A stretch of DNA of 64,000 nucleotides from Blastocystis sp. Blastoise (taxonomy: Eukaryota > Protista > Bigyra: Opalinata), in assembly GCA_039096225.1 (NCBI GenBank), contig JBBPEB010000011.1, positions 496,001-560,000 of the forward strand. The letters are read 5' to 3'. The position numbers were made by a program, and so were the translations under genes. Each line of letters opens with the position of its first letter. The first letter of the stretch is position 1. The notes under the pieces are model-generated. The model did not search any database. It was not told the DNA's origin and saw nothing but the letters and a program-made list of their open reading frames with translations. Of the stretch, positions 32,461 through 47,116 are shown piece after piece.

Positions 32461-35400
32461 TCAGTATTCTGTTTTAAAAAGATAATATATACAATGGAGA
32501 ATGAACAATATATACGTATATGTACATATAGGTTATATACATGGATTATATATATATATAGGTTATATAATAAATGTTTTATATATATATAAATCTATCC
32601 TAAATTAAAATAATCAACTAGTATTTATTAACTCATTCTTATTATAAGTAATTATATTATATTGTTGTTTTTATATTTACTTTTTATTATATATATATAT
32701 TTTATTATTATAATATTAATAAATTATTTTATTTATTCTCTTTGTATAATATATAATAGTTATTAATCTTTTAGTTTTTAATATGATTTTAAGTGAAAAC
32801 AATTGAAAATAAAGCTTATATATATATTTATAATATTTTTAGAAAATATTTTTATTTATTGAAAATAACCTTAAAACCATTTAATTAAGCTTTTTAAAAG
32901 CTAATTTTACACTTATTCATCTCTACAAGTGTATTGCTATTAAAAGAAAACATAAATATAATAAAATATTTTATCTCAGTATTTGTTAATCAGTTTGATA
33001 AAAGTTCGTTATTTGTATATATTTTGACTCAAAACGACTCACTGACAATCAATCAACACTACAACGTCAATAAAGCTCATAAGTAAAACAAATATGAAAG
33101 TAATTGCCTTCAAGAATGGAAGTTTTTTACATCAGTAACCTTAAAACCATTGTCAGAGTACAATTTATATATTTATAAACAACCATATTACATAAGCATC
33201 AATATATACATTTTTCTTAACTTCAAAGTGAAGTTTTACTAAAAATATTACAAAGTCGAAATAACCCCTGGATTTTAGTACTTTTCTTATATATAAAAAA
33301 ATTTCATACAAATTCATATTCAGGGGCATGCTTATTCTTTTTTCAAGAAAACACTTACAAAAATCTTTATATTTATTAATATTTATAAAGTTGGTTGTTT
33401 TCTTTAAAATGGTATTTTTTTTCATTCCCTATATATCTATTATTCTATAGCTTGTATATATAACTCAAATTATTCAAAAATAAGCACAGATTCTCTTCGT
33501 GATTCTAAATATAGCTTCTTCTATAACGATCAGCTGACCAGAAATAACTTGATTTCAAAGGTAGCCTCTCTTGTTGTTCTGCTTCAAGGAAATGCGATTC
33601 TCCATGAGCTCTTAAACTGTATGTATTTATTTATCCTTTTATTTATTACATTTCTATAATTATATTTTTATAGGTTCCTTATATGAGTAGAAAACAAAGT
33701 CCCTCGGTCAAAATTAAATAATAGTTTTTTATATTTTGCTTTATTTAATTGTTTATTCTTTAATTTTTTTGTATTTTGTTATTTTTATTGTTTTTTATGC
33801 TTAAACAACTAAAATATGTATTAAAAGAAGACAAAGAAATAATGTGTTTAAAACAGTCTAAAATAACCCTAATGAAAGTCTAAAATGTAAAATAGATGTT
33901 GTTATGGACATTTTTATCTTATATATATCAACAGTAAATACAACCACTGTCATTATGGAATACCAAAAATAAACATTAAAAATAAGTCGTAGTCATAAAA
34001 AGATACATGGCCCGTCACTATAGGAATACAAAACCCACCATAAGTTTATACCAGGAAAAGTCCTGTATATACCAGAAAATCACTTTTTTTATACCAAAAA
34101 ACAGCTAGGGTGCATACCAGAATTTTCACGATTTTAAAAAGCTGCCCACCAGTGTTATTAAACCATCAATTTATATATAAAGTTTCCATAAAATATTCTT
34201 TCACAAAATATATCTAATTAAAATAATATAGAATACATGTTTAATATCATTATGAACATTATTAATATAAAAAAAACAATATGTCAAATAAATCAATATC
34301 TTTTTATAAAACTAGTTATTATTGCTATACAAACAACTCAAAAATTTTCTATTAATAAAATATTTTTCTGACAATTTTATTTTATATATGTTAAGTCCAG
34401 TTAAATAGAATTAAGAGTAGTAGTTCGTTATTGATATGATAAGAGTACAAAAAAAGACAAGTTTATGATTAATAAATGCACTATCAGCGATATTTTAATT
34501 ATTAAATGTATCTGATTGGTTGATTTTGGTTCAAAACTTGTTCCACCAATGGAATGAGATTTACTTCAGCGACTTAGGCAAAAATCGTGAATTTTGACAA
34601 AATTTTGACACTTTTTTTCAGTTTAGTTTTTCTTAGGTATAAAAAACCATATTAGACATATTTTATTAAAAAATTGACATTATTTTCTCGTCTTAGAATG
34701 TCACATAATATCAAAAACGTTTTTAGTTTGTTTTAAGTCGAAATTTGGTTAATTCATCGGGTCCATATTATAAAGTTTTTTATAGTTGTGTTTGGAGTAA
34801 AAGATTTTTAAGAGTCATATATACGAATAAAAATTAATAAAATGGCCGCTATGGCTCAAAACCAAATTTCAGCCAAAAATTCAAATTTTGTTATTTTTTT
34901 TTCAGTGAAAAAAAATAACCGAGCCTATTTGTTTGATGGACAGTCAGACCAGAGTCTTAAATTTTTGAAATACTTACGGGAATGTTTTTCCCATTCAAAA
35001 CTTGGTCTATTTCTATTTTTGAATTAAAACATGTCTAAATATAATTGAAAATTGTTTTAAGACTCATTTCATATCAGATATGAGTATATGAGCCACAAGA
35101 CACCCTTAATGATGCGTCAATAGAATATTTTGCATCAGATTCAAATATTTGTTTGTGTGTTGATTTCACAATTGTATCATAGCATAATCACCCTAAATTA
35201 TATGCTATAAACATTATAGTTGCCCAAATTATTTCATATCGATTTTGAGTAAATCAATATAATTTGTTAGTTTTTATTTAAAAGTAAGAAGACACAACTA
35301 ATTTTTATTCTATATGACGAACAGCTTGTAACATTTGAATTAGGTCAATGAATGATTAAAAAACGAAGAAAAATTTTTTTGTAAAAAACAGCGAGTTTTC

Positions 35401-35888
35401 TTCGTTTTTTTTAAACGAAGAATTTTTATTATAATTATTGTTAACAAAATGTCATAATTTATTTTAAATTGATAAATGTGTTTGATTATTATAGATATAA
35501 TTGCTACACGTATTACTTTATAATCTTATAGATTTTTTTATATGTTGTTGTTAATCTGTTGTCTTTTTAGTTTTTCCTTTCGATGTTTACAGTTGTTAAT
35601 GAAGTTATGCCTTTCAATAATGGTTTTGGATATTTATTAGAGTATTTAAGAAGTTATGCTGCCACAATTCTTTTGTGAATTAACTACATCGGTTAAGTTT
35701 TATGATTGTTACTATTGTCTACGGCTTGTCTAATCATATTAAACAAGAACAGAATATGTTTTTGTGCAAAAATTAAATTCATGTTTTGTTCTGATTTAGA
35801 ATTACATACTTTTCTGTATTTATTCATTTATTTAACTTTACTAAAAATCATTGTATAGTAATTATTATATATATATATTATATAATAG

Positions 35889-36239
35889 ATGTCTATCATT
35901 ATTATACTTATTATTATACTTATTATTATTGTCATCATTATCTTCTTTATCTAGTTATTACTCCTGCTATCCTCCTACTACAGTCACTTGTTTACATTGT
36001 TTATTAATGATGACTTCTATGAGACGTTATCTCTTTGTTAAACCTGAATCTCGTTTAGAATTCTTAAAATTATTAATTGAAGAGGTTTTTGAACAATTAA
36101 CTCGTAGTCATGCATTTGATGATAAAGATACTTATCATATGTTCTGTCAATTATTATGAAAACTTAAAGTATATAGATATATTTATTATTATTATTATTA
36201 ATGTATTATATGAATTCTATATACGAATATATTATACTA

Positions 36240-36288
<49 letters not shown>

Positions 36289-37634
36289 CTATTTCTTTAG
36301 GCTAATTTCCAGTTATCAGAACTTTTCAGAACTCCACGATATAGTGAATTTATTCGTCTTTTAACAAATTTTACTATTGATTCCTTTAAGAATTGGCAAT
36401 GGTGTAGTAATTCTTTTAGTTATTTACTTACTTTATGGAGTTGACTGATTTGTGCTGAACGTTATGTTCAGATCGGTTCAGATATTGATAATACAAGTTG
36501 TTTTAATGAATCTGTTCATCAATTAATACAAGCATATATTAATGGTAAAATGGAAAGTGTAGATGATTATGTTGATGATGATATGAATAACCCTCTTAGT
36601 GATACAGAAAGCTTAGCCATAGAAATGCAACAATTACCTCAAATAGTCAGATATTTTTTTAAGTGAATACTACATATATATGTAACTGCTTTGATCCTCT
36701 TAATGAAGAATATAATGTATATAGTATTATTATAATAATCTCTTTTTTTGTTTATATTTGCATTTAAATATACGTTTATATTTATATTCATTATTATATT
36801 TATTACTTCTATTCTCGTGTATTTCTAGACCCTTCTTTATCAATTTTCTAAAGTATGAGTAAATACTACAGATTATCAAGAATTGGCGAATAAAACAATT
36901 ATTGAGCAATATATATATTCTTAAACAATTATTTATAGGCTGTCTTTCGTGGTTTTGTAATACTGTTGTTACTGTTTTTATTAATCAAGTATTCAGCAAA
37001 CACAGGTTCAAAATAACTATCATTAATAGGTACAGAAGTTATTCAACTTAAACATAATGCTAGTTATTGACTTAACGTAAATATATATAAACTATATTAT
37101 AATATGTTATTATATATTATTATATATATTATTATATATTATTACATTTGTTTTTGCTTTCGTTTTTACAGTATATATATATATGTATAAATATATATAT
37201 ATAGAATTGATTTAGTAGGATTAATTCCAACATGGAATTATCATTAAATTTTCTTTGAACAATTCAGAAATATAGATATATATATGAGAATAAGAAGCGT
37301 CTTCCTGATGATACCTTTCTTGATATGAATTCCTCTCGAAAAGAGCAATTATATATATTTATTGGCTATGTATTAATAGATAGAAATTAAATATATATAT
37401 AAATAATTTATCAATATTGCATTGATGATTTATCTTATTTTTTGTCTAGATGTAAGAAGAGTAATATATTAAATCACTTAATCGATGTAATTTTGAATAA
37501 CCTTCGTTATTGGGAAGATAATACAGTGATTATTAAAAATTGCTTAGATATATTCCTTAATCTCTGTAATGATCATGCCTGCTCTCAATTACTATTAGAT
37601 ATATCAACTACTCAATATCCACTTGAAACATATA

Positions 37635-37636
<2 letters not shown>
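35889..37636 (+). pseudogene. XPO7: Captured exportin-7 fragment (copy in A2)
   Basis: Mirror of 13523-15273 with the same stops. Confidence 0.85.
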
Positions 37637-37670
<34 letters not shown>

Positions 37671-37937
37671 TTATTATTACAAGCGTTACACAGAAATATT
37701 TATTTACATTCTATAGATTCTGCTTTTCATAATTTTATTTCTCACTTCTAGATTTTATGATATTATAATAAGAATAAAAAGAATCATGTAAAGAAAATAA
37801 TAAGAATATAAGTATGAGTGCCTTATAGGTACTAATTATAATAATAATATATTATCTTATAATAATGATAAGAATTATATTAATGTTATAACTAAGAAGA
37901 ATAATATGAATGATGAAATTAACTTTTTTGGCGATAA

Positions 37938-40579
37938 TAATAGTATTATTACTTCCTTATAATACTATTACTTATACTATTATTATTACTACTACTTCCT
38001 TATAATATTATTACTTACCTATAAAATTATTACTACTACTTCCTTATAATATTATTACTTCCTTATAATATTATTACTTACCTATAATATTATTACTTAC
38101 CTATAATATTATTACTATTTACCTATAATATTATTACTTACCTATAATATTATTACTATTTACCTATAATAATATTACTTACCTATAATATTATTACTTA
38201 CCTGTAATATTATTACTTACCTGTAATATTATTACTTACCTATAATAATATTAATACTACTTCCTTATAATATTATTACTTTCCTATAATACTATTATTA
38301 CTTACCTATAATAATATTACTTACCTATAATATTATTACAACTTCTTTATAATAATATTGTAATTGCTTCCTTATTACTACTACTTCCTTATAATATTAT
38401 TACTTTCCTATAATAATATTACTACTTACTTATAATAATATTATTACTACTTACTTATGATAATACTAATTCCTTATAATATTATTACTTCCTTATATTA
38501 TTACTACTTACTTATGATAATATTAATTCCTCATAATATTATTACTTCCTCATATTATTATTACTTCTTTATAATATTATTACTTCCTTATAATGTTACT
38601 ACTTACTTATAATATTATTACTTTCCTATAATAATATTACTTACTTATAATAATATAACTTATAATGTTAGTACTTATAGTATTATTACTTCCTTATAAT
38701 ATTATTACTTACTTATAATACTATTACTTCCTTATAATATTATTACTTACTTATAATATTATTACTTACTTATAATAATATAACTTATAATGTTAGTACT
38801 TATAATACTATTACTTCCTCATAATACTATTACTTCCTCATAATATTATTACTTACTTATAATAATATAACTTATAATGTTAGTACTTATAATACTATTA
38901 CTTCCTTATAATACTATTACTTCCTCATAATACTATTACTTCTTTATAATATTATTACTACTTACTTATAATATTATTACTTACTTATAATATTATTACT
39001 TCCTTATAATATTATTACTTCTTTATAATATTATAACTTATAATGTTAGTACTTATAATATTATTACTACTTACTTATAATATTATTACTTCCTTATAAT
39101 ATTATTACTTCCTTATAATACTATTACTTCCTTATAATACTATTACTTCTTTATAATACTATTACTTCCTCATAATATTATTATTTCCTTATAATATTAT
39201 TACTTCTTTATAATATTATTACTACTTACTTATAATATTATTACTTCATTATAATATTATTACTTCCTCATAATACTATTACTTCCTTATAATACTATTA
39301 CTTCCTCATAATACTATTACTTCCTCATAATACTATTACTTTCTTATAATACTATTACTTTCTTATAATACTATTACTTCCTCATAATACTATTACTTCC
39401 TCATAATACTATTACTTCCTTATAATATTATAACTTATAATGTCAGTACTTATAATATTATTACTACTTACTTATAATATTATTACTTCCTCATAATACT
39501 ATTATTTCCTTATAATACTATTACTTCCTTATAATATTATTACTTCTTTATAATATTAATACTTCTTTATAATGTTACTACTTCTTTATAATGTTACTAC
39601 TTCTTTATAATGTTACTACTTCTTTATAATGTTACTACTTACTTATAATATTATTACTTACCTATAATAATATAACTTATAATGTTAGTACTTATGATAA
39701 TATTATTACTTCCTCATAATATTATTACTTCCTTATAATACTATTACTTCCTTATAATACTATTACTTCTTTATAATAAGATTACTTCTTTATAATAATA
39801 TTACTTCTTTATGATATTATTACTTCATTATAATACTATTACTTCCTTATAATACTATGACTTCTTTACAATACTATTACTTCCTCATAATATTATTACT
39901 TCCTTATAATAATATTATTACTACTTACTTATATTATTATTACTTCCTTATAATACTATTACTTCCTTATAATATTATTACATCTATATAATACTATTAC
40001 TTCATTATAATATTATTACTTACTTATAATAATATTATTACTACTTACTTATAATAATATTAATTCCTTATAATATTATTACTTCCTTATAATATTATTA
40101 CTTCATTATAATATGACTTCCTTATAATACTATGACTTCATTATAATAATATAACTTATAATGTTACCATTTACTTATAATAATATTATTACTACTTACT
40201 TATAATATTACTTCATTACAATATTATTACTTCATTTTAATAATATAACTTATAATGTTACTACTTACTTATAATAATAATATTACTACTTCATTATAAT
40301 ATTACTTACTTATAATTTAACTACTTACTTATAATATTATTACTTCCTTATAATGTAACTACTTCCTTATAATAATATTACTTCTGTACAATACTATTAC
40401 TTCTTTACAATACTTTTATTTCTTTATGATACTATTACTTCTTTATAATACTATTACTTCTTTATAATACTATTACTTCTTTATAATACTATTACTTCTT
40501 TATGATACTATTACTTCTTTATGATAATATTACTTCTTTATGATACTATTATTACTACATCCTTAAATATTATTACTTC
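37938..40579. repeat. 19-bp minisatellite inside A2
   Basis: Reverse complement of 10580-13221. Confidence 0.9.
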
Positions 40580-42880
40580 CATATATTACTGCTGTATATT
40601 ACAGTTATTAATAACAAAAACAAAAGTCATATCAAGTGTATTAACAATAAGAATAATAATAAAGCATGAAGAAGAATGAATGCTATATTAAGAATCAGTA
40701 ATTTGGATGCAAATACTAAGATACTAAGATTATAAATAATAGTACATATACTAATACTAATAAAGAATCAATAATATTAATAGTCTTCTCTATATAACAA
40801 TCAGAAGATCATGAAGTATAATAGTATTACTAGTATAAGCCTTTTTATTCTAACAACTGATTATATTTTCATCGTAATACAAATATTTCTTCAAAATAAT
40901 CTTCCTCTTGTTAGAACATACCCATACTGTTATGTCTCCTTGTATTTTTATATAATAAGCTGATGATGACACTACTACTATTACTAAACTCCTACAATTT
41001 TCTTCTTGTTTTCGTTATAATACGCATGCTCATAATAATTATAAGAATTCTTAAATATAATAGAAATATTTTGTGCTACTACTACCGTTATTATTATGTC
41101 TAGTTGTAATGATATTAAAGATATTTTATATGTGTCATGTCTTTTTACATTCTTATTCCAATAATACTATATCTAATACTAATGATATTCTGCTACTTAA
41201 ACTATTATACACCAAATCCTTTTTCTGTCTATTGCTTCTAATATTGTTAATACTTATATATTTGGAATATACTACTATGCAATACCTTTTATATTTTTCC
41301 TCTTTCTTCTCCTAATACTACGTATAATAGTAGTTATTAATAAGAACAATGATAAGATTATAATTATGTTTTCTATTCTTGTTTTCTAATTTCTCTTACA
41401 TTTTGAATCAATTAAAATATTATGCTATGTCATTAAATGATTGTACCTCCTTTACTAACAGTTTTTAAATTAATTTAAATACCAAAAATGTTATGATATC
41501 AATATGTAATTCGGTTTTCGTAATCATATCTTTAAAGAAAGAATACCATAAGTAATAATACTTGAAGTACTATTACTTTCTTTATAACCTCTACTGATCT
41601 TAGATCATAAATAGTTCTATCACAACTATCAATGAATGTCTATTATTACTACTAATAATACTATAGATTAATGAGATTATAATATAGTATTGCTATGCAG
41701 ATTCTCCTTTTAATTATTTTTTCTTCTATCTCTTTTCTTACTCTCATCATATGACTGTTCATACAAAAATCATATATTACTCATTATGGTTTGCCATTAA
41801 TATTTCATTTATTAGTAACAAAAGATCTACTAATATGGTTATTGAAAATGGTTTAGTAAAATATATAGAAAACATATATTACTGTAATAATTACTTTATG
41901 AATTAATAACAATAAAATAGGATTATATATTAAACATTTAAAAAAATATATGAGAATTTAGAAGATTAAATTAAATAAGTCTATGCTCATTCTATTTTGA
42001 ATAGAACATGTAATAGTTTTTAAATAAGATGCTTTATTATTATGGATAGAAAAATACAATGAAATAAGGATATATTCAGTAAATATGAATGAATTTAGTA
42101 CAAATCAATATAATATATATATTATTCGATATAATATTAGATACTTGAAAAGTTCGATGATTATTGCTTCATATATATAGATTATTGGTGAAAAAAGTTG
42201 TAAATAGATATGAATTTGAACATTTTTTTATGTATTATTTAAAACATTTATTCACTGTAATTTTAACTATTATGAAGTTGAATTAAGTTAGAAAAACCTA
42301 CTATGATCTGCTTTTATGTTATGAAATTCATTAATAACAAGAACAACCAAAAAGTGATTATAAGAGATAATATGTATGAAATTATACATTAAAAATATAA
42401 ATTATAAAAAAGTCAAAGTTTAAATACGATTATACATATAATTTTATAAGTATTTACATGGAAATGTACCCATTCACATGCATGTAGTCTTTTGGTATAA
42501 ATGTTGTATAAGTATAAACATCTTCTGAAGTTACTGTCAACGTAGACCTTTGGATAGTCTTTTCTTTGGTTTGTTTTTCCTATATAAAGAAGAATAAAGT
42601 ATAGAAACAATAAAAGATATTATTTGACAAAATTTTTTATAGTTAATAATATATAAATAATTAGTATTAAGAATATATATATGCATATAAAGATGAAGGT
42701 AATCATTCTGATAATTAAATATATATAAAAGTAAAATGAATTCATTATAATAATTATTATATTAGTAATTAAAAGATTTATCTACACAATGAAATATAAA
42801 AAATGATACTAAATAACTATTACTAATATACATACGATGTATTTATTATGATACTAATATGAATATATTATTATTTATTA

Positions 42881-45800
42881 TTAATTAATATAAGTATATA
42901 CTTCACAAAGAATGTCATCAGGGGTTTTATTTGTATGTATATCCATTACTAAAACGTTTGAAGCAAGAAATATGTTAATATTTTGGAATCCTTGAAACCC
43001 TTGACTGTCCATAAAGTGATAATATAATCCTGTTGCAGATGATAATGCTGGACCATAATCGTAATTCATTACAAATATGGAATCATTCACCTTTATATAT
43101 TTTAAGGCCTTTACAAGATGTGGCTGATGATTATTTTCTTTTTCATAATATATCAAGTATGAATTATCTATTCTATGTACACCATCATCAACTTGGCTGG
43201 TTGTATATATAAGTTTGTTATTAACAAGGATTCTATCATAGAAACTAACAGATAGTTTATTATAATTATCCTTCAACTGATGAAAATTATTTTCTATAAA
43301 TAAGTTTAAATTATAATTTCTATTTTCTCCTGTCCAACCAATAATACCATCTATTAGATAATTAATAAGTGTTTGAGATCCTTCTTCAAGAATTATTTTG
43401 AGAAACTGGAAAAGTACTTTATCTGGCATCTCTATCGGTTCAGAATAATGAGAACAACTAGCAGAATATATATATGTTTTATTGTTTCCAACAGGATTAT
43501 AGTAAATAGTATTCTTATCATGTTGCATATCTTCACATGGTTGAGATATATTACTTATTTCGTTTCTGTTATTGGATCTTCCTTGATGATCATTAGATAC
43601 TAAAATTGTTTCTTTGGTTATTGATGACATGCAGCAGGAAATATTAAATTCATTGCGAGAATGAGATGAGTGCTTAATTTTAGAATAATATGATTCTGAT
43701 TTCCAAGTTGATGTTACTGATAAGCTTCCTGTATTTCTTAAACATGAGACCAAGTGCTGGATAGAATGTATTTGAGATGTAATTAATTGCTTTGGCAGTA
43801 TAAGCTCACAGAGAAATGTGAATGTAAAACATTTCTTTTCAAGCATTTCCAAGTCTTCGATATCATTCGCTTTATATATATGGCAATCATGAATAATAGA
43901 AGCTAATAATTCGAAAAGAGGTATTATAGGACTGTCTTTTGAATTAAAATCATATAATATTAATGGTAATATTTTAGAAACGAAAAATATTTTCGTGTGT
44001 GTATTTATTTTGTTGAACATTGTTTCATCTAGTATATAACGAAACTGGTATTCACAATCCCCATATATACTATTAACTGCTGAGATACGTGTTTCCAAAA
44101 TGCTTTTATTTGTTGGGTTTAGTTCAAATGGTTTCCTCTGGTTTTCTTTAGTATTATCATTTTCTTTTTCATTTGAGGATGTCTTTTTATTCGATTGATC
44201 TTCCTTCATATTACTTACATTACTATCTTCCTTCATATTACTATCTTCCTTCATATTACTTTCATTACTATCTTCCTTCATATTACATTTATTACTATCT
44301 TTCTTCTTCTTACCTTTATTACTATTTTTCCTCTTCTTACCTTTATTACTTTCTTTCTTCTTCTTACTTTTATTACTTTCTTCCTTCTTCTTACTTTTAT
44401 TTTTATTTTCCTTCTTGAATCCAAATAATAAACTTAATAAAGTATTACAAACATTTCCAAAAAGATGCATAGTATCTAATGGAAATGATGTTGAAGGATT
44501 AAAGTAGCTAAGTTGTTCAGAAGTACTTCTTACCTTTTTTATTCCTTTATTGTAGGATGGATTATCATTATTACTACTTCTTATTTCAGTAATTACTTCT
44601 TTAGAATATGGATTGTATCTAATATTAGTAAATGAATCTTCATATAACTTACAACTCTTCGAAAAGGATTTGTACATGATATATGGTTTACTATTTATAT
44701 AAGTATTCGTTTTATTAATCCATTTAAGAAGAAACTGATAACATGGAATATATATATGGACTCCAGTATTCGACTTTTGAACTGATATAGATACATGAGA
44801 ATAGGAACACTTCATACCTTCATGTAATAGTTCAGCATGCTTATCGCTTTGCATATCGCAAAATCTACAAGGATATGTAGATGATGGACCTAAAAATTTA
44901 CCTACATGAGATAATGCTGCAGAATCTCCAAATGTATTAATTAATATGCCAACTACTTTCCTATTCTGTAATCTCCCATCAAGATAAATATCCATGTTTA
45001 TTCCAGCTTGGAGTAACTTGAATTCAGCCATCAGTATATCAAGGCATAAGTCAATAGAAGGCTCATCTACGCAAGTATACATATAGAACTCTCTTTTATC
45101 GTACTTTCTAAATTTCTTATAATTTAATAATTGGATCAAAATTGGGTTTGAAGAACTATTCTGCTTAGTAACAGCCTTATCAAACATCGATATACCGTCT
45201 GTAGTAACGTTGAATGATAAAATGATATCACCATTATTGGCACAATCTCTAAGATATGATTTATAATTCATTCCTAGCATGTAATTTGGTATATTTTGAA
45301 TCATTGAATCTAGGTTACTATTATTAAGACTACTATATATTTGTTCTATCTCATCTTTTCGATAAAATTCAATATCTTGTATATAATATGGAGATGAAAG
45401 TATGGCTTGAAGTCGGGGAATTAGTGGAATAATAACTTGTTTGTTACCTATATAAGAATTATATAATGTTTTGTGATATATATATATATATATATAACTA
45501 CTTCTAGAAATATATACATATATTTCCGTTGCATATAGGATTACTACATGTTATATCTTTAAATAATGGATATGCTTGTATTGTATTATATGTATGTATT
45601 ACATGACACTTATTACATGAAAATATATTTATATGAAGAGGCTTATATATAGAATTTCTAACATATTTTCTTACAATATTTTGTGAGCATTTGGGTATTG
45701 TTAATATAGGAAGATCAATGTCAAATTCGCTTATTAAATTATTTATTAATTCATACAAATTTGCTACTTTTTGAAAGCTAATACCTAGTTTTCTCCAACA

Positions 45801-46132
45801 CTCAAAAATTAGGTCATTCATGGCATCCTCTTTTGTACTCACTTTCTCATGAATTATCTAGATAAAATGATTAGTAGGTATTGTGTTGAAGAAATATAAT
45901 AATGGCTTATATTAAAAGAGAGGTATATATTATATATATATTAATATAAACCGTATACTTTTTGTGATAAGATGAGTTGCATGATCTGCCTTATAATATC
46001 ACCATTTTCTATCTCAATTGGTGTATTCTCATTATTTAAAGAAATATTCACATTGTTGATTTCATCTGCAATCAAGGTAGTTGATCTATGATAAGTGTCA
46101 TGTCTCTCAGATAATAATGTTGCTATGATCAT
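42881..46132 (-). CDS. CACTA transposase (copy A2), 3 exons
   Basis: The 807-aa main ORF and upstream exon ORFs are identical to A1. Confidence 0.9.
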
Positions 46133-46329
46133 TAATGTTATTTCTTATTTTTATATCTTACTATTTATTCCTGATTTCTTCTTATTAGATATCTTATGTC
46201 TATAATTATTCATTATAACAAATACTATGAAAAATGTTTATTAAAAAAAATAAAATTCATTTCTTCTGTAGAATTTTACTGATTATTATCACGGTTTTCA
46301 TATATATTTTTTCTTTTACTTTCTTTTTC

Positions 46330-47116
46330 ATGGAATCATCTACTTTATCTTCATTAGAAAGAAATAAAATTGATAGTCTTCAAGAAGATATCTATAAAGC
46401 TATCGAACATTATTTTAACGAATTAAAAGGTGAAGAGACAAATGGTATTTCAATTTAATTCTTTGGTAATAATTATTTAGAAAAGACTATTCGTTGCTCA
46501 GATGTTTTTATAGAATGTGAGGCTATGATAAGAAGACTTTCCATTAAAAGAGATATTCCATTTAGAAACAAGAAGTTGAATTCAAATAAATTAAAAGTAT
46601 TTATTGTATACATATATAATGTTTAATTCAATAGACTATAATAAAGGTAATTCCTTTTTGCTTACCTGAAGCTATACGAAAAAATGCAAAATCCATGTTT
46701 ACATTAAAAAAGAATAATATATGTTTAGATCATGAGTCAGAGGTCTACATATATATTTGTCGTCTTGCTCGTCTTTATTTGCATACATATGAGAAACAAG
46801 ATAATTATAGTGATGAAATTATAATGGTTTGTGTTCGTGAATGTATTACTAATCGTCGTCGAAAAGGCTCGTTTCCTCAATTCTTTGGGTTTCATTTAGA
46901 TAGAGAAATAGAAATACATGACTCAGGATCCTCTGAGATTGTATGCTTTTATACGTTTCTTTTATCATTCTTTTATATAATATTCTTTATTTTTAGTTTG
47001 GCAAATGGATTCCAATTAGTCCTTTTCCAAATACAAGTTCTTATACATATATACATTATGAAACAATAATAAACAATTTGCAGAAATGCCAAGAGATTCT
47101 ACCATTCTCAGGATAA
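46330..47116 (+). CDS. Second transposon gene (copy A2); exons 46330-46444, 46481-46596, 46635-46940, 46997-47116
   Basis: In-frame splicing gives 218 aa. Confidence 0.65.
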